In this document: positions 1-11,288 of the stretch, in pieces
Numbering within the stretch: the stretch's first letter is position 1
Layout of the letters: each line of letters opens with the position of its first letter
From: Paragordius varius
Lineage: Eukaryota; Animalia; Nematomorpha
NCBI GenBank assembly: GCA_964247055.1
Contig: OZ176053.1
Coordinates: 4,898,001 to 4,962,000, forward strand
Length of the DNA: 64,000 bases
Direction: 5' to 3'
Notes under the pieces: model-generated
The model's database searches: none
What the model was told of the DNA's origin: nothing
Seen by the model: only the letters and a program-made list of their open reading frames with translations
Program-made: the position numbers and the translations under genes

Positions 1-390
1 AAAAATTTGCAAAAATACCACAATATCACTAATTAATGAAGCCGTAAATGTTTTTAAAAAAATATTCCAGGGCGATTGCAATATATGAGCCAGAACTATC
101 TTTCAAAGCGGATTCTGGGGAAAATAGTCGTTAGCAACCTTAGATGGATAACGTTAAAAAATGGGACTAGTAAATTAAATTTCATCTTTGTTTTGCAAAC
201 TTTTCCAAAGCTTATGACTCTGTGGGAAACAATACATTATACTTTTTAGCTGATGCAGTTTTTTGTCAGGTTTCCTTCAACCCATATACTTGGCCTTATT
301 AGTAGCCAAGCCCCACGAGCCATACCCTAGTCCGAATGAAGAGCGGTCTGTGGCACTGCATATTATATCCGTTGCTATTTAGTGTTTGTG
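1..390 (+). mobile_element. Decayed RTE-type LINE reverse transcriptase fragment (duplicate of about 17826-18215)
   Basis: Broken frames retain RT motifs LCFANFSKAYDSV (about 185-223) and GLWHCILYPLLF (about 345-380, like GLRQGCILSPLLF). Confidence 0.7.
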
Positions 391-947
391 TATATAGAAA
401 GCATTTTCCTCACTGTTGATTCAAATGGAGTCCAAACGAATTTTTTTAATAACTAACTTAATCCGCACCAATACAATTGTTTATCTTTAAATAAACAAAA
501 CTGTTGTAAATACTGGGACCCCTTACGATACACTTTTTAAAACAAAGCACATTATGAGAGAGATCATGCTGATTAACATGTATTTTCCTAATTTTTAATC
601 GTAGTAGTTTGTATGTTTATAATCATTTTAAGTTGAGTGGACCTCTCCACAAACTATTCGTGAATGTGTGGGGACCTCATTTAAATTAAATCATTTTTAT
701 GTTCCAAATAAATCTAAAGAATAATATTTAATTTTATATATTTTTTCTCAAAAAGGATGATGCGCATATCATATATTTTCCCATAAATGGAATCATGGGA
801 AGTGGGAGAGTAGGAGTCTACTGAACTACAAAAAGCAAACAAGGGTTTTGCTTTAATCCAAAGGTCATCAATTTAATTAAAACATTTGATAAAAAGTAGA
901 TGTTAATTTTTGTGTTTAGACCAAGGACACTGAATATTAAAACTAAC

Positions 948-1087
948 CTTCTATAAAGTCATCGTATTTATCACAAACTTTATGGCATATTCCTTGAGTT
1001 ACACATCTTTGTTGTGTGTTATCAAAAAAGGTATTCTGTGGACAATCAATTATTGAGTTTTGACCCTTTGCTTTGCAAATTATATAC
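948..1087 (-). CDS. Internal exon encoding a chitin-binding type-2 (CBM14/peritrophin-A) domain, copy 1
   Basis: AAG acceptor at 1089-1088 and GTTAGT donor at 947. Reads YIICKAKGQNSIIDCPQNTFFDNTQQRCVTQGICHKVCDKYDDFIE, with the Y-x2-C, CP-x3-FD and C-x5-C spacing of CBM14. Its terminal exon would lie left of the window. Confidence 0.8.
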
Positions 1088-1236
1088 CTTTATTTATGTA
1101 ATGATATAATAAAATTTGTATTTGATTGGGCTAAGTTTGAATATTGAATATATATGATTATATAAACTGTTAATTAATCATGCATTAATTACTTGGAGTC
1201 GGGCATGAAAGAAATAATTAACTATCCTGAATATTA

Positions 1237-1704
1237 TTAAAAAGACCCAATATCAATTATTTCAGCTGAGGAAGATATACGTTCATGGTATAATGTAATG
1301 TTTTTCCCAACTGTTTCATTGAGATGTGGGAGAGACACCATTTGATCCATATAATGTTGGTCAGGGACAATATTTCCGCTTGCTCTAGCTAGAGCATCCT
1401 TTATTGCAGGTTGTAAAGGGAGGGATCGATCACTATACAACAAATTGTGCGATTCAATTAGAGAGTCTCCAGACTGAGTATTTCCTTGATAATCGATTAA
1501 ACAAGCGCTCCTTTTAGCATTATTCATAAGACTGGCTTGTTGCGCGAAACCCGACAATGTGAGCACATAATTATCGCGCTTGTTGACATTATTCTCATTC
1601 GCCATTCTATTACTTGTTTGTAAATCGGGAACCAAGTGTGATGTGGATATTGGGCACACAAAATATCCCAATATTGCATAAACGCAAAGCATCGGAAGAA
1701 TCAT
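1237..1704 (-). CDS. Secreted protein of an unrecognised family (LVPDL family, paralog 1); possibly exon 1 of the CBM14 gene
   Basis: 155-codon ATG ORF with a hydrophobic N-terminal signal-peptide-like segment and N-glycosylation sequons NET and NIT. 25/45 ungapped identities to the 12489-12893 ORF. Confidence 0.85.
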   Translation of the reverse strand: MILPMLCVYAILGYFVCPISTSHLVPDLQTSNRMANENNVNKRDNYVLTLSGFAQQASLMNNAKRSACLIDYQGNTQSGDSLIESHNLLYSDRSLPLQPAIKDALARASGNIVPDQHYMDQMVSLPHLNETVGKNITLYHERISSSAEIIDIGSF

Positions 1705-2559
1705 GTTAAAAATTTAGTGAATCTGTCTATAATTCGTTTAAACAAAAATGTTAAATTTTATATACAATCGATTTTGGTAAAAAACGTGTAATGCTAGGTA
1801 AGCAATATTATCATCTTACATCAAATATTTTTTACACCTAAACGTCTAAATAAACAATGATGTAATAATTCTAGTAATACATATTTAGGCGTATTACGTC
1901 TATAAACTTATTTTTCTTCGTTCGGCTAAGAATAATATTTGTTTAATACCGTGTATAACCTTGAAAATATTTTTCCGATACCGTTTCTGATTTATAAAAG
2001 CTACGTGCTTTTCAAACACTTTATAATAAATATATATTATACGAGCGTACACTGTTGCTGTGAATTCAGTCAAATAACTATTATATGGGTTATGCTTTCA
2101 CATAGTTATTTATTATCATGCCGGGTACAAACGGATTTTTCTCATTTTTGGTATTAATTTAAATTTACTATGAACATTGGGATGTGTTATATGTTAAAAT
2201 AGATCCTTTTGCTATGATATAGTTATAATAATGGATATGTTTCCTTTAATATGGATGAATATCCAAGATTAAAATTGAACGTCTGACTATAATCTATATT
2301 GGGCCTAATTTTATTCAAGGGGACCTTAAGGTTTTCAAAAAAATTAATGCAATTTTGAGTAGTTATTTCAAAGATGGTAGCGAACAAAGCATCAAAATAG
2401 GCTAAATATAGTCAGTAAATGTTTTAAAAGTATATAAACGCACACATAATTGTAATAATTTGTATCAATTTGTTCTGCCAATTACATATTTTAAATTTAT
2501 ATATTGTAAAAGTCCTTTTGATATTTACCTATATTTATTGGGATTTAAATAATTTAGCG

Positions 2560-2934
2560 GTTTTTATATTCAGGTTTCGGATGCAGCCTAACCACAAAGA
2601 AAATTAAAAATAGTCCCTATATTTTAACGGGTATGCAGATTTATAGGTTTTCTAAGTAGCTCTAATACCAAATTTTTGGGTATTCTCAATTTTTAAAAAG
2701 TTCTTTTTAGCCTATTATAAGGCTTGACCATATTGTGCCCATCTTTTAATGTTCAGGCACAAACTAATTTATTTATATAAAGATGGATGACCATCAATTT
2801 TACTATAATTTATAACTAATGTGACCAGATATTTTGAACTTGGACGCAGTGCAAACTTAAAACATTTGCCTGTTTTTACACCATCGGTGTGGTATATTAC
2901 CAAGTTTTCACAAAAAATATCCTGATGAATTATA

Positions 2935-2979
<45 letters not shown>

Positions 2980-4929
2980 GTATATATTCTGATAGGAAAA
3001 TATCAGGATTATCATGGTGCTTTTAGTTATAACCTTTACGATTATTAGAGAAAGTTATTTACAGTTTAGTGGTAAGTGCTCCGTATAAAATTGCAAAAGG
3101 TGCGTCATTTTTATTAAAAATTTTTTTTGGTAAAGGCTAAATGCTTTTTTTCAAAAAATATCCAGAAAATATAACATAAACCACATATAAAAAGCAAAAC
3201 AATATTTTTAAAAATTTTAAATTTTTAGATGTGAGCTCTAAAAATCCCAAATTTTTTGACTCTTTTAAAATGGACTATTCTAAAATAAACGCGAAATTCC
3301 AATAATTTTAAATATGCGCTAAATTTTGATATAATTTTTCAATCAGAATTTTGATTAAAATATTCGTTCGTAAAATTTATGTTAAATAAAAATTGTGTTT
3401 TTTTACAAAAATACACCGAAATTCGCAAGGAAACAAACCTTTAAATTAAAATTCTGAATGTTCAACATCATCGAATTATTTAGAAAAAGGTTTTTATTAT
3501 ATCTTAAAGCCTTATGCCGTTTCATCATACTTCAAAATCGTTAGAAGTACGCTTCAACATCAAATTTGTTAATGCAAAAAAATAAGAAAACTAATAAAAA
3601 TTAAAGTTTAGGCAAAAATTAAGTAATATCATACCTTCTACCAATGGAGTATGGTAAACGTAAAACTCTTAATTTTTACGAACAAAAAGGTTATTTCGAA
3701 TTCGTATGCCATAATAATAAATTATATATAATAGGTACGGAATAACAATTTTTTTATAATATAATTATAACAAAAAATGAACTTTCTAAACTTGATCAAA
3801 CATTTATTAAAATATCACAAATTAATTTTAAATTTTGAGGCTCCGCTTTTTGCGGAAGCCCTAAGTGAAAGACAAATTGTCTGAATCTTACGGTGGAGTC
3901 CAATAATAGTTTCGTCACTGCGCGAAAGGCTGCAATCACCGAACCAAAATCCAATTTTATGTATAATCCGAGCAGAAAATTAAATATTAATCAATTAAAA
4001 ATAGACAATTTTAGTTTTTTACCGCAAAAAACATTACAAATTATGGGGTTATTTTTACAGTGGGTGCTATATCAAATTCTAAAATATTTTCTTGAATAAA
4101 TAAAAGGTAATTAATATATTATCATAAATAATTAAATTTTTTTTAATTTCAAAAAGCAGTACAAAAGTGGGCGCAGTACAGTTGCAGTTTTTTTCTGAAA
4201 ATCCAGTACTGTACTGCGAAAAACAGCCTATCTGGTCACATTATTTATAACCGCATGCATCGAAACTTGTAGTCACGAAATTAATAAGTATGATGTCGAT
4301 ATTTAAGACTTCGAAAAAATCATAAACAATTTGTAATTCATTAAAATATTATATTAATTTATCCGTTATTAGCCAGATTCTTAAACTGTGGTTTAACAAT
4401 TTTATGCGGCCATATTATTTATCCAAAAATGTAGGGATAAATATTTTTTACATTATGTAATACAGCTTACACTGTCATTTAGGCAGAATCGACTACCTGT
4501 TGCATATTGTGAAATCAGCAGGCATAGAGAAAGATGCAATTGTTTGTTTTGTAATAACATCTTAGTCATAAGAGATGGAGGGTTCGAAAAAATTTTTAAA
4601 TGTAAAATATTGGCTGTTAAAGAGCATACATCACTTATATTAACATAAGGTAGAGGATTAGCGCAGTGTCCACAAATGCTATCGCCTTTTTTACGCTAAA
4701 AAACGGCCAGCCGCATTTAAAATATATATGCGCAATAAAATAATTTAAATAGCACTGTAAAATTTAAATAAAATATAACATTTTTTCTACATGGTTACTA
4801 ATTGGACAAATTTAGAAATTTGTTAATAATATCAATTTAGCTAAAATTTTGTAGGTATATGTGGGCAGATTCCAAATTTTTCTAAAGCTGCACATAATAT
4901 TTTGGATGGCCGCATTTTTGAAACCCATG
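2560..4929 (-). mobile_element. Decayed hAT (Charlie/Spin-like) transposase remnant, split by the 2817-4243 insertion
   Basis: Minus-strand frames with stops at about 4260-4620 read MQQVVDSA..V..LHNVKIF..FLDK.YG..LLNHSLRIWL..KL..YFNELQIVYDF (like the VRWLS region) and resume left of 2809. A Charlie-like end CATGGGTTTCAAAAATGCGGCC starts at 4929. The left boundary is uncertain. Confidence 0.5.
2817..4243 (+). mobile_element. Non-autonomous hAT element, copy A
   Basis: TIRs TAATGTGACCAGAT...ATCTGGTCACATTA and a perfect 8-bp TSD TTTATAAC (2809-2816, 4244-4251). Contains an internal (TA)n tract at 2941-2975. Confidence 0.93.
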
Positions 4930-5407
4930 GTATCAAGATATATCAAGAACAGATTATAGCAGCACGTCGACACTGTCTCAAAAGACGTCTGCTGCCCTTC
5001 TATACACTAATAAATGATGTTTCAGTGATAGAGGTATCTTGTTTGCTTATTAAAATGTATCATGCACTTTTATTATCAATGCGAAGCATCTTCATAACTA
5101 AAGATATTCAAAATTATAACACATATTTCAAGTGAGATTATAATATTATTCGCATACTCACTATTTTTTAAAATTCGATTGCAGGTTTATAAATTTACTA
5201 ATGATTTTAAAGTTTTTTCAACGAAATGTTAGAAAAAACATTCCGATGATTAATTAGAGTCTTTCACATTTATGTATTATCCAATTAATTGGATCGAAAT
5301 TAAATTTATTTTTTACGGCTACCTGGATGCACATAATTCTAAACCCGTAAATTAAAATTATTTGGGATGAAGAGCTTTATAAAATAATAATTTTATACGC
5401 ATCTTCA

Positions 5408-5526
5408 TAATACGACCATATCACGTTGAAAACACCGGTTCCCTTCCGAACACCGAAGTTAAGCAACGTTGAGCCCGGTTAGTACTTGGATGGGTGACCG
5501 CCTGGGAATCCCGGGTGTCGTAATTT
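5408..5526 (+). rRNA. 5S rRNA gene (solitary copy; may be a pseudogene)
   Basis: TACGACCATATCACGTTGAAAACACCGG...AGTTAAGC (A box)...AGTACTTGGATGGGTGACCGCCTGGGAA (C box)...GGGTGTCGTA, followed directly by a T-run Pol III terminator. Helix pairings TACGAC/GTCGTA, GTTC/GAAC and CCCGG/CCGGG are intact. Confidence 0.93.
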
Positions 5527-5984
5527 TTTTTATATTTTTTTGGTATTAATCAGTTTTTACAAGGTCATAATTATTTTATAATGTTTTGAAAGCGACCTAT
5601 TCCTGCGAATTTGTAATTCCAAAATAATGAATCGGTTGCAGTATGGACAATACTTAAACACTTTGATTCAAATTGACGTATCTAAATACCCAAACAATAT
5701 TTACTTGATATTTTAAAAAACTACTGAAAGAAACGGTACCAATTTAAATTTATGCTTCTATCCTTATGAAAATTATATAAAGAAACCAGTTTTGAAAAAA
5801 TAGTTCCCTATCAAACTATTTCGACGCCATTTTTATTTTTCAACATTTTTGCGAAATATCGTGTTTATTTGATTCTAGGCTCAAGTTGTTTACTTTTTTA
5901 TTAAAATCACATGTAACATTCCTATATACTTTAATTCTATTTTTAGCTTAAGCACACTTGTGAAGTTGGCTTAATTTAGTCTTA

Positions 5985-7288
5985 GGCCCATGTGAATGAG
6001 CCAGTTGAGCAGGCTCATTCACCACTTTTAATGATCCAGGTGAATGAGCCTTCCTCATTCTGTTGAGATGGAGGAATTTTTAATCCTGGTTTTTTCAGGA
6101 TTAAGCTTGTTACAAAAGCCGATATCTCGAGAACTAGGAAGAATTTTTGGAATCTGCAAACTGTATTAGCCTTAATAAAGTATATTTAATATATGTATAT
6201 GGTAGGTTTTGGAAATTTTGGACATGTATTAAAAAATATTTTTCGGGCAAATGCTTACTAAAGGTTAGATGCTTTATTTTTATATATTTAGGCAAGAAAT
6301 GGTAGTTAGTTCGAGTTTATAAGCAAGTTTACTGAATATTTAGAAAATCATGGTATAACTACTGATATGTTATTTCAAGAATTTAGAAGAAATCATTCTA
6401 AATGGTAAAATAATCAGGAATATTATCGAGTATTTTAAATTTGGTTTATTTTAGACATGAAACTCTGCTACTTACTAATGATAATCGGAGTATTCGGTAA
6501 TACATATTTCTATAAGGCGATAGGTAACATTGACGAAAATGAGTTAGCAAACTTTTATCAGAAGAGCAGACAACACCTATATTGAATAGCCATCAGACAG
6601 GAGTAGATCGGAAAAAAGAATTAATTTGACATAATTTTATTTATAATTTATTTTTACACAATAAATGAATATATTTTATAAATGTATTATTGGTTTGGCC
6701 CAGTTATTGGGATTCCATGGATTTATTTACGATATATGTCTCTATCATTTGTTGCGTTTCGAGGTATGTTCAGGAATTTAAAGTCTTGTTCTATAGTCAG
6801 TTGTTTTAGACCTCCCTTTTCGGTTAAGGGCAGGGATCTGTAAATAAAGAATTTCTTTTGCAGGTGAGTCTATACTGGATCTGTCTATGTGTCCAAAATA
6901 CCGAAGTCTATTCTGATAAAAGCTGTTATTGGTTCTAGTTCAATGGTAGAATTTATCATTATAGGGCATTTTGTCTTCCGTTCTCAATCTCGATTCTAAT
7001 GTTTTTGTGATTGCCCAATTTAAATATTGATCATTTTTTCGGCTAAAGCCTCCCAGACCTTAAGCTTTTTGTCATTGCTGAATTTATTTACGGATTCATA
7101 AAGATGAATGGATATCTATAAATTATTTGAACATAACCTAAATCGCGTGTAGAACTGTTATCCATCATACTGATAAAAATTTTAAAAACTCCCACCTCAA
7201 AAACTCAATCATCTCCCTCAAACATATGCTTCCTCATAATCCATAATCCAGGTGAATGAGCTTGAAAATTGGCTCATTCACATGGCCC
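5985..7288. mobile_element. PIF/Harbinger element, internally deleted
   Basis: 18-bp TIRs GGCCCATGTGAATGAGCC / GGCTCATTCACATGGCCC (1 mismatch) and 3-bp TTA TSD. Minus-strand Myb/SANT-like remnant LYESVNKFSNDKKLKVWEALAEKM (about 7030-7110) faces a possible transposase C-terminal remnant on +. Confidence 0.88.
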
Positions 7289-7493
7289 TTAGTTTTACCT
7301 CTAAATAATTAATATCAAGTATTTTTAAATAAATTTTTATACGGTTTTAATGTTTTACAAGTGCAAACTTTTGCCATAGTTTCAATTTATTCCATATTTT
7401 TTGAAATAGTAATTTTAAACAAGCCTGGTAGCCAACGATCCCAATTTGAATCGAAGGACTGAAATTAAGTTGCATCCAAGTGGTAATATACAG

Positions 7494-7750
7494 CAGGGGT
7501 GTTCAACACATGGCCCTCCAAAATATTCCTGAAACCCGCTAGAAATTTCAAATACAAAATTTTACGTTTAAACCTTTCTGATAAATCTTTTTAAATTCAA
7601 TGAATTAGCAAAAAATATTATAGTTGTTTTTGCAGGGTCTAAAATCCAATAAAATATTTGTTAATGCCCGTATATTTTTTAAATAGGGCCCGCCAGATTT
7701 TTTGTTCAAAAAAATGCGGCCAGAGAAGCCATTTGTGTTGAATACCCCTG
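7494..7750. mobile_element. hAT-Charlie-like MITE
   Basis: TIRs CAGGGGTGTTCAACAC / GTGTTGAATACCCCTG with subterminal GGCCC/GCGGCC motifs. TSD not recognisable. Confidence 0.75.
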
Positions 7751-7891
7751 AACATCTGTATTTTTATTGGCAAAAACTGTAGAAAATTTCTTAGCTTATA
7801 TGAGATTTTTCATATTTATGATGTCATATTTAATTGAATTATTTGGAAAAAATTTACAGTGGCACTTGAATTTGTTTGCATAGGAATATGA

Positions 7892-9947
7892 TAATGTGAC
7901 CAGATAAGCTGTTTTTCGCAGTACAGTACTGGTCATAAAAAAACTGCGCCTGTACTGCGCCCCTTTTTGTACTGCTTTTTGAAATTAAAAAAATCTTATA
8001 TTTATTAAAAAAATTATTTTAGAACTTAATATAGTACCCTATGTAAAAATAACCCCATGATTTGTAAAGAAATGGTTCAATCGGTAAAAAAACTATAATT
8101 AGCCTATTTTTAATTGGTGAATATTTTATTTACTGCTCGAATTATACATAAAACTTAAGATTGCAGCTTTTCGCGCAGTGGCGTCTAAATTATATAAAAA
8201 ATTGTTATTCTCGTAACATATTATATACAATTCATTATATATGGCCTATGATTTCGAAATAACCTTTTTTTCATATAAAAAATTAAGAGTTTTTACGTTT
8301 TCTATACACATTAGGTGTGAGTTATGATATCACTTAATTTTTTTCCCAAACTTTAATTTAGTTTACTTATTTTTGGCATAAACAAATATGAGATATTTTG
8401 TTTAATCTAACTTCCTACGATTTTGAAACATGATGGAAACGGTATAACGCTTTATGACAATGACAATAGCACGGGGTACACCCCTTCGTACAATTGGTGA
8501 ACCAATTGTCAGAGTACCGTGAGCTATATAAGTATTTGGAAAAAAACCTTTTAAAACTTTTCTAATAAAATTTTTATGATTGCAAATGTTTGTATATATA
8601 TATGTATGTATATAAAATATTATTGTGATTTAATTTTTTACTGTAAGTTAGTGTTATTAAATTTGATTATTAGAAAAAAAAAGAAATACAAAAAAATACC
8701 GTACATAACCTGCGTTTTGGAAAGGACATTATTGTTTGATTTTTGGAACAGTTGATAATAATTGAGTTGTTGATATGCGACAATAGTTTTAATTAAATGA
8801 AACGTTAACGACAAAAAACAATTATGATTTAACCGAGCAGACGATAACCCAAATAAAATTTAAAGAATATATGATTAAAAGATTATTAAAAATATAATTT
8901 AGTAGAAAAGGGTACTTATCTTTGATTTTCCTGAGGCATAGGTACTGTTCCCCTAAACAACTGAAGTTTTACCAGTGACTCAACTTTTATTATAAAAGAA
9001 TTCATTTCCGAGTATCGAAAAACTTCATCAGGGTAATAAGCCTCTTTGGATTGCATTCTTTAATGGAATCATCCATATCCCTAAAGTATAAATATATAAT
9101 ATGTATTTGATGGTTTTGGTGTGTTTTTCTAATATCCAAAAGGCAGACGATTTCGACCGAATCGCCTTCTTGGTATAACGCTTTAAGATTTAATAATTCC
9201 ATTTTCCTACACATGATGATGTTGAACATCACTATAGGTTCAAATTTTTAATTTAAAGATTTTGGTGCAAATTTAGGTGAATTGTATAAAACACAATTTT
9301 TATTTAACCTAAATTTGACAACGAACAAATATTTTAATCAAAATTTTGATTGAGAATTAGCATTAAAATATCTACATAAAATGTTATAACACCTCAACCG
9401 TTTATGTTTCCATCATGTTAAAAATAATATGAAGTACGCTTGAACAAAATTTTTTTAAAAATTAATTTTTTGAAGTGGGCATTAAAAAAATATATTTAGT
9501 TGATATCAAAATTTAGTATATATTCAAAATTGCACAATGTCGAAATTTTTGCGTTTATTTTAAGAGAAGAGTCCATTTTAAAAGAGCCAAAAAATTTGGG
9601 ACTTTCATAGCCCACATCTAAAAATTTAAAAATATTTTTTGCATTTTATATGCAGTTTATGTTATATTTTATGAAATAAAGCATTTAGCTTTCACCAAAA
9701 AATATATTTGAAAAAATTGCGCACCTTTTGCAATTTCATTGGAGCACCTACCAAAAAGTGTAAATAACTTTCTTTTTTGTAAAGGTTAAAACTAAAAGCA
9801 CCATGATAATCCTGATATTTTCCTATCTATATATTTCATAAGGATAATTTTTTGTGGAAACTGTGTAAAATTTTACACCGATGGTGTAAAAACAGGTAAA
9901 ATATGTTTTAATTTTGTAGTCCAAGTTCAAAATATCTGGTCACATTA
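7892..9947 (-). mobile_element. Non-autonomous hAT element, copy B (inverted relative to copy A)
   Basis: Same TIRs as copy A, perfect 8-bp TSD GAATATGA (7884-7891, 9948-9955), collinear with the reverse complement of 2817-4243 apart from one insertion. Confidence 0.93.
8455..9171 (-). mobile_element. 5'-truncated retro-insertion (non-LTR element or retrocopy) nested in hAT copy B
   Basis: 717 bp absent from copy A, flanked by a 14-bp direct repeat GGTATAACGCTTTA (8441-8454, 9172-9185). The minus-strand 3' end has a CAATTGG-TTCA-CCAATTG hairpin and an ATTGTCATTGTCA tail. Confidence 0.8.
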
Positions 9948-10217
9948 GAATATGATGTTAGCAATATTGAAAATATTATAAAAATATTAAATTTGAATAA
10001 ATATTACAAACAAAAGTAATTTTGGATATTGTTTACGCTAAAGTGTTATTGTATTATTATATATGGAATCAATCAGCAAAAATTATATAATTTATTCATA
10101 TATAATAAAAGTAATTTTCTATTTCAAATTAATTTTTTGCTTTTAATATTCCATGACTTGAATATTAAAACCATTCGTTTTATCAATTTGTAAAATATGG
10201 ATGGATCAAAATTGTAA

Positions 10218-11288
10218 TCTATATATTTATAAAAATGGAAAATGCTGGCTTTGTGATCTGGTACAGGAAAACCGGTAGACCCAATCAAATCCAAATATCG
10301 AAAAAATATAATCATTAATGAATGCCCCGACAATAGCTTCGCCCTTTTTTTGAAATAGGCCCCCAGTTCGGGCCCTTCCTGTATGAAAAACGGTTTTTTT
10401 TTGAAAACAGAAGTCTACAAAAATCGTGTCTTTGAGACAATTTTCCGGATAACGTGTTGGACCATTCAATTTCAAATATGATTATTGTTTACTTATTTTC
10501 GATTGCGCCGAACATAGCCGAGCCACTTTTTTGATTTAGGCCCTCTTTTTACCCGCTACCCCCGTAAAATGCCACCTTTTTCAAAAAACAAAGTCCACAA
10601 AAATAATTTTTTAAATCGATTTTTCGCCCTAGGTATGAGACCGTAAAAATTCTATATGGATTCCACGTATTCCCTGTTAAAAGGCAAAAATTTTAGTCTA
10701 CCGTTTATTTGATGATAGCTGCTGGGTAAGGAGCTACCCGCTAAAAACTGATTTTTCATATAACTTTGTGATCTGTTTCCGGAAAACCGGTGAACCCAAT
10801 CAAATCCAAACATCGAAAAAATTTAATCATTAATGAAAGCCCCGACAATAGCTTAGCCCTTTTTTGGAATTAGGTCCCCAGTTCGGGCCCACCCCGTGTG
10901 AAAAATGGGTTAAGTAAATTTTTTGGAGAACGTGTTGGCCCATTCAATTTCAAATATGATTTTTGTTTACTTATTTTTGATCGCGCTGAACATAGTCGAC
11001 TCACTTTTTTGATTTAGACCTTTTTTTTCCCGCTACCCCCGTAAAATGCCATTTTTATCAAAAAAAAGTCCACAAAAATAATTTTTTAAATCTATTTCTC
11101 CCCCAAGTAAACAATAAATTAGTATGAATGCACCGTTTTAAGATTCCTATGAAATCATAGATATTAAATAATTTTTCGAAATATCCACATATGTAGATCA
11201 TTTTATTGTCCCTTTTTCAAATAACCCCCTCCCCCCAGAAGTCCGAAGGACTTCCTCGGGCTGCGTAGCAGCACGAGATTTATGCTAG
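10218..11288 (+). mobile_element. Non-autonomous Helitron with an internal tandem duplication of about 515 bp
   Basis: A|TCTATATATTTATAAAAATG 5' end; 3' GC-rich hairpin CTCG-G-GCTGC-GTA-GCAGC-A-CGAG followed by CTAG|T; no TSD. Repeat units at about 10249-10630 and 10763-11105. Confidence 0.88.

Larger units (their letters stand above)
1..1292. repeat. Segmental duplication, copy 1 (matches 17826-19117; probably continues left of the window)
   Basis: Line-by-line comparison shows a constant offset of 17,825 with no indels and no mismatches noticed. Identity ends after ...GTTCATGGTATA (1292/19117). Confidence 0.97.

Noticed and set aside
930-947. Candidate 18-nt intron GTTAGTTTTAATATTCAG after the CBM14 exon, and a 20-nt candidate at 1246-1227
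   Set aside because: Using them gives an early stop or a phase mismatch, whereas the long intron to the terminal exon completes a canonical CBM14 domain.
5086-5410. 12-bp direct repeat GCATCTTCATAA (5086-5097, 5399-5410) just before the 5S gene
   Set aside because: It does not flank the 5S gene, and the enclosed 300 bp has no recognisable element features.
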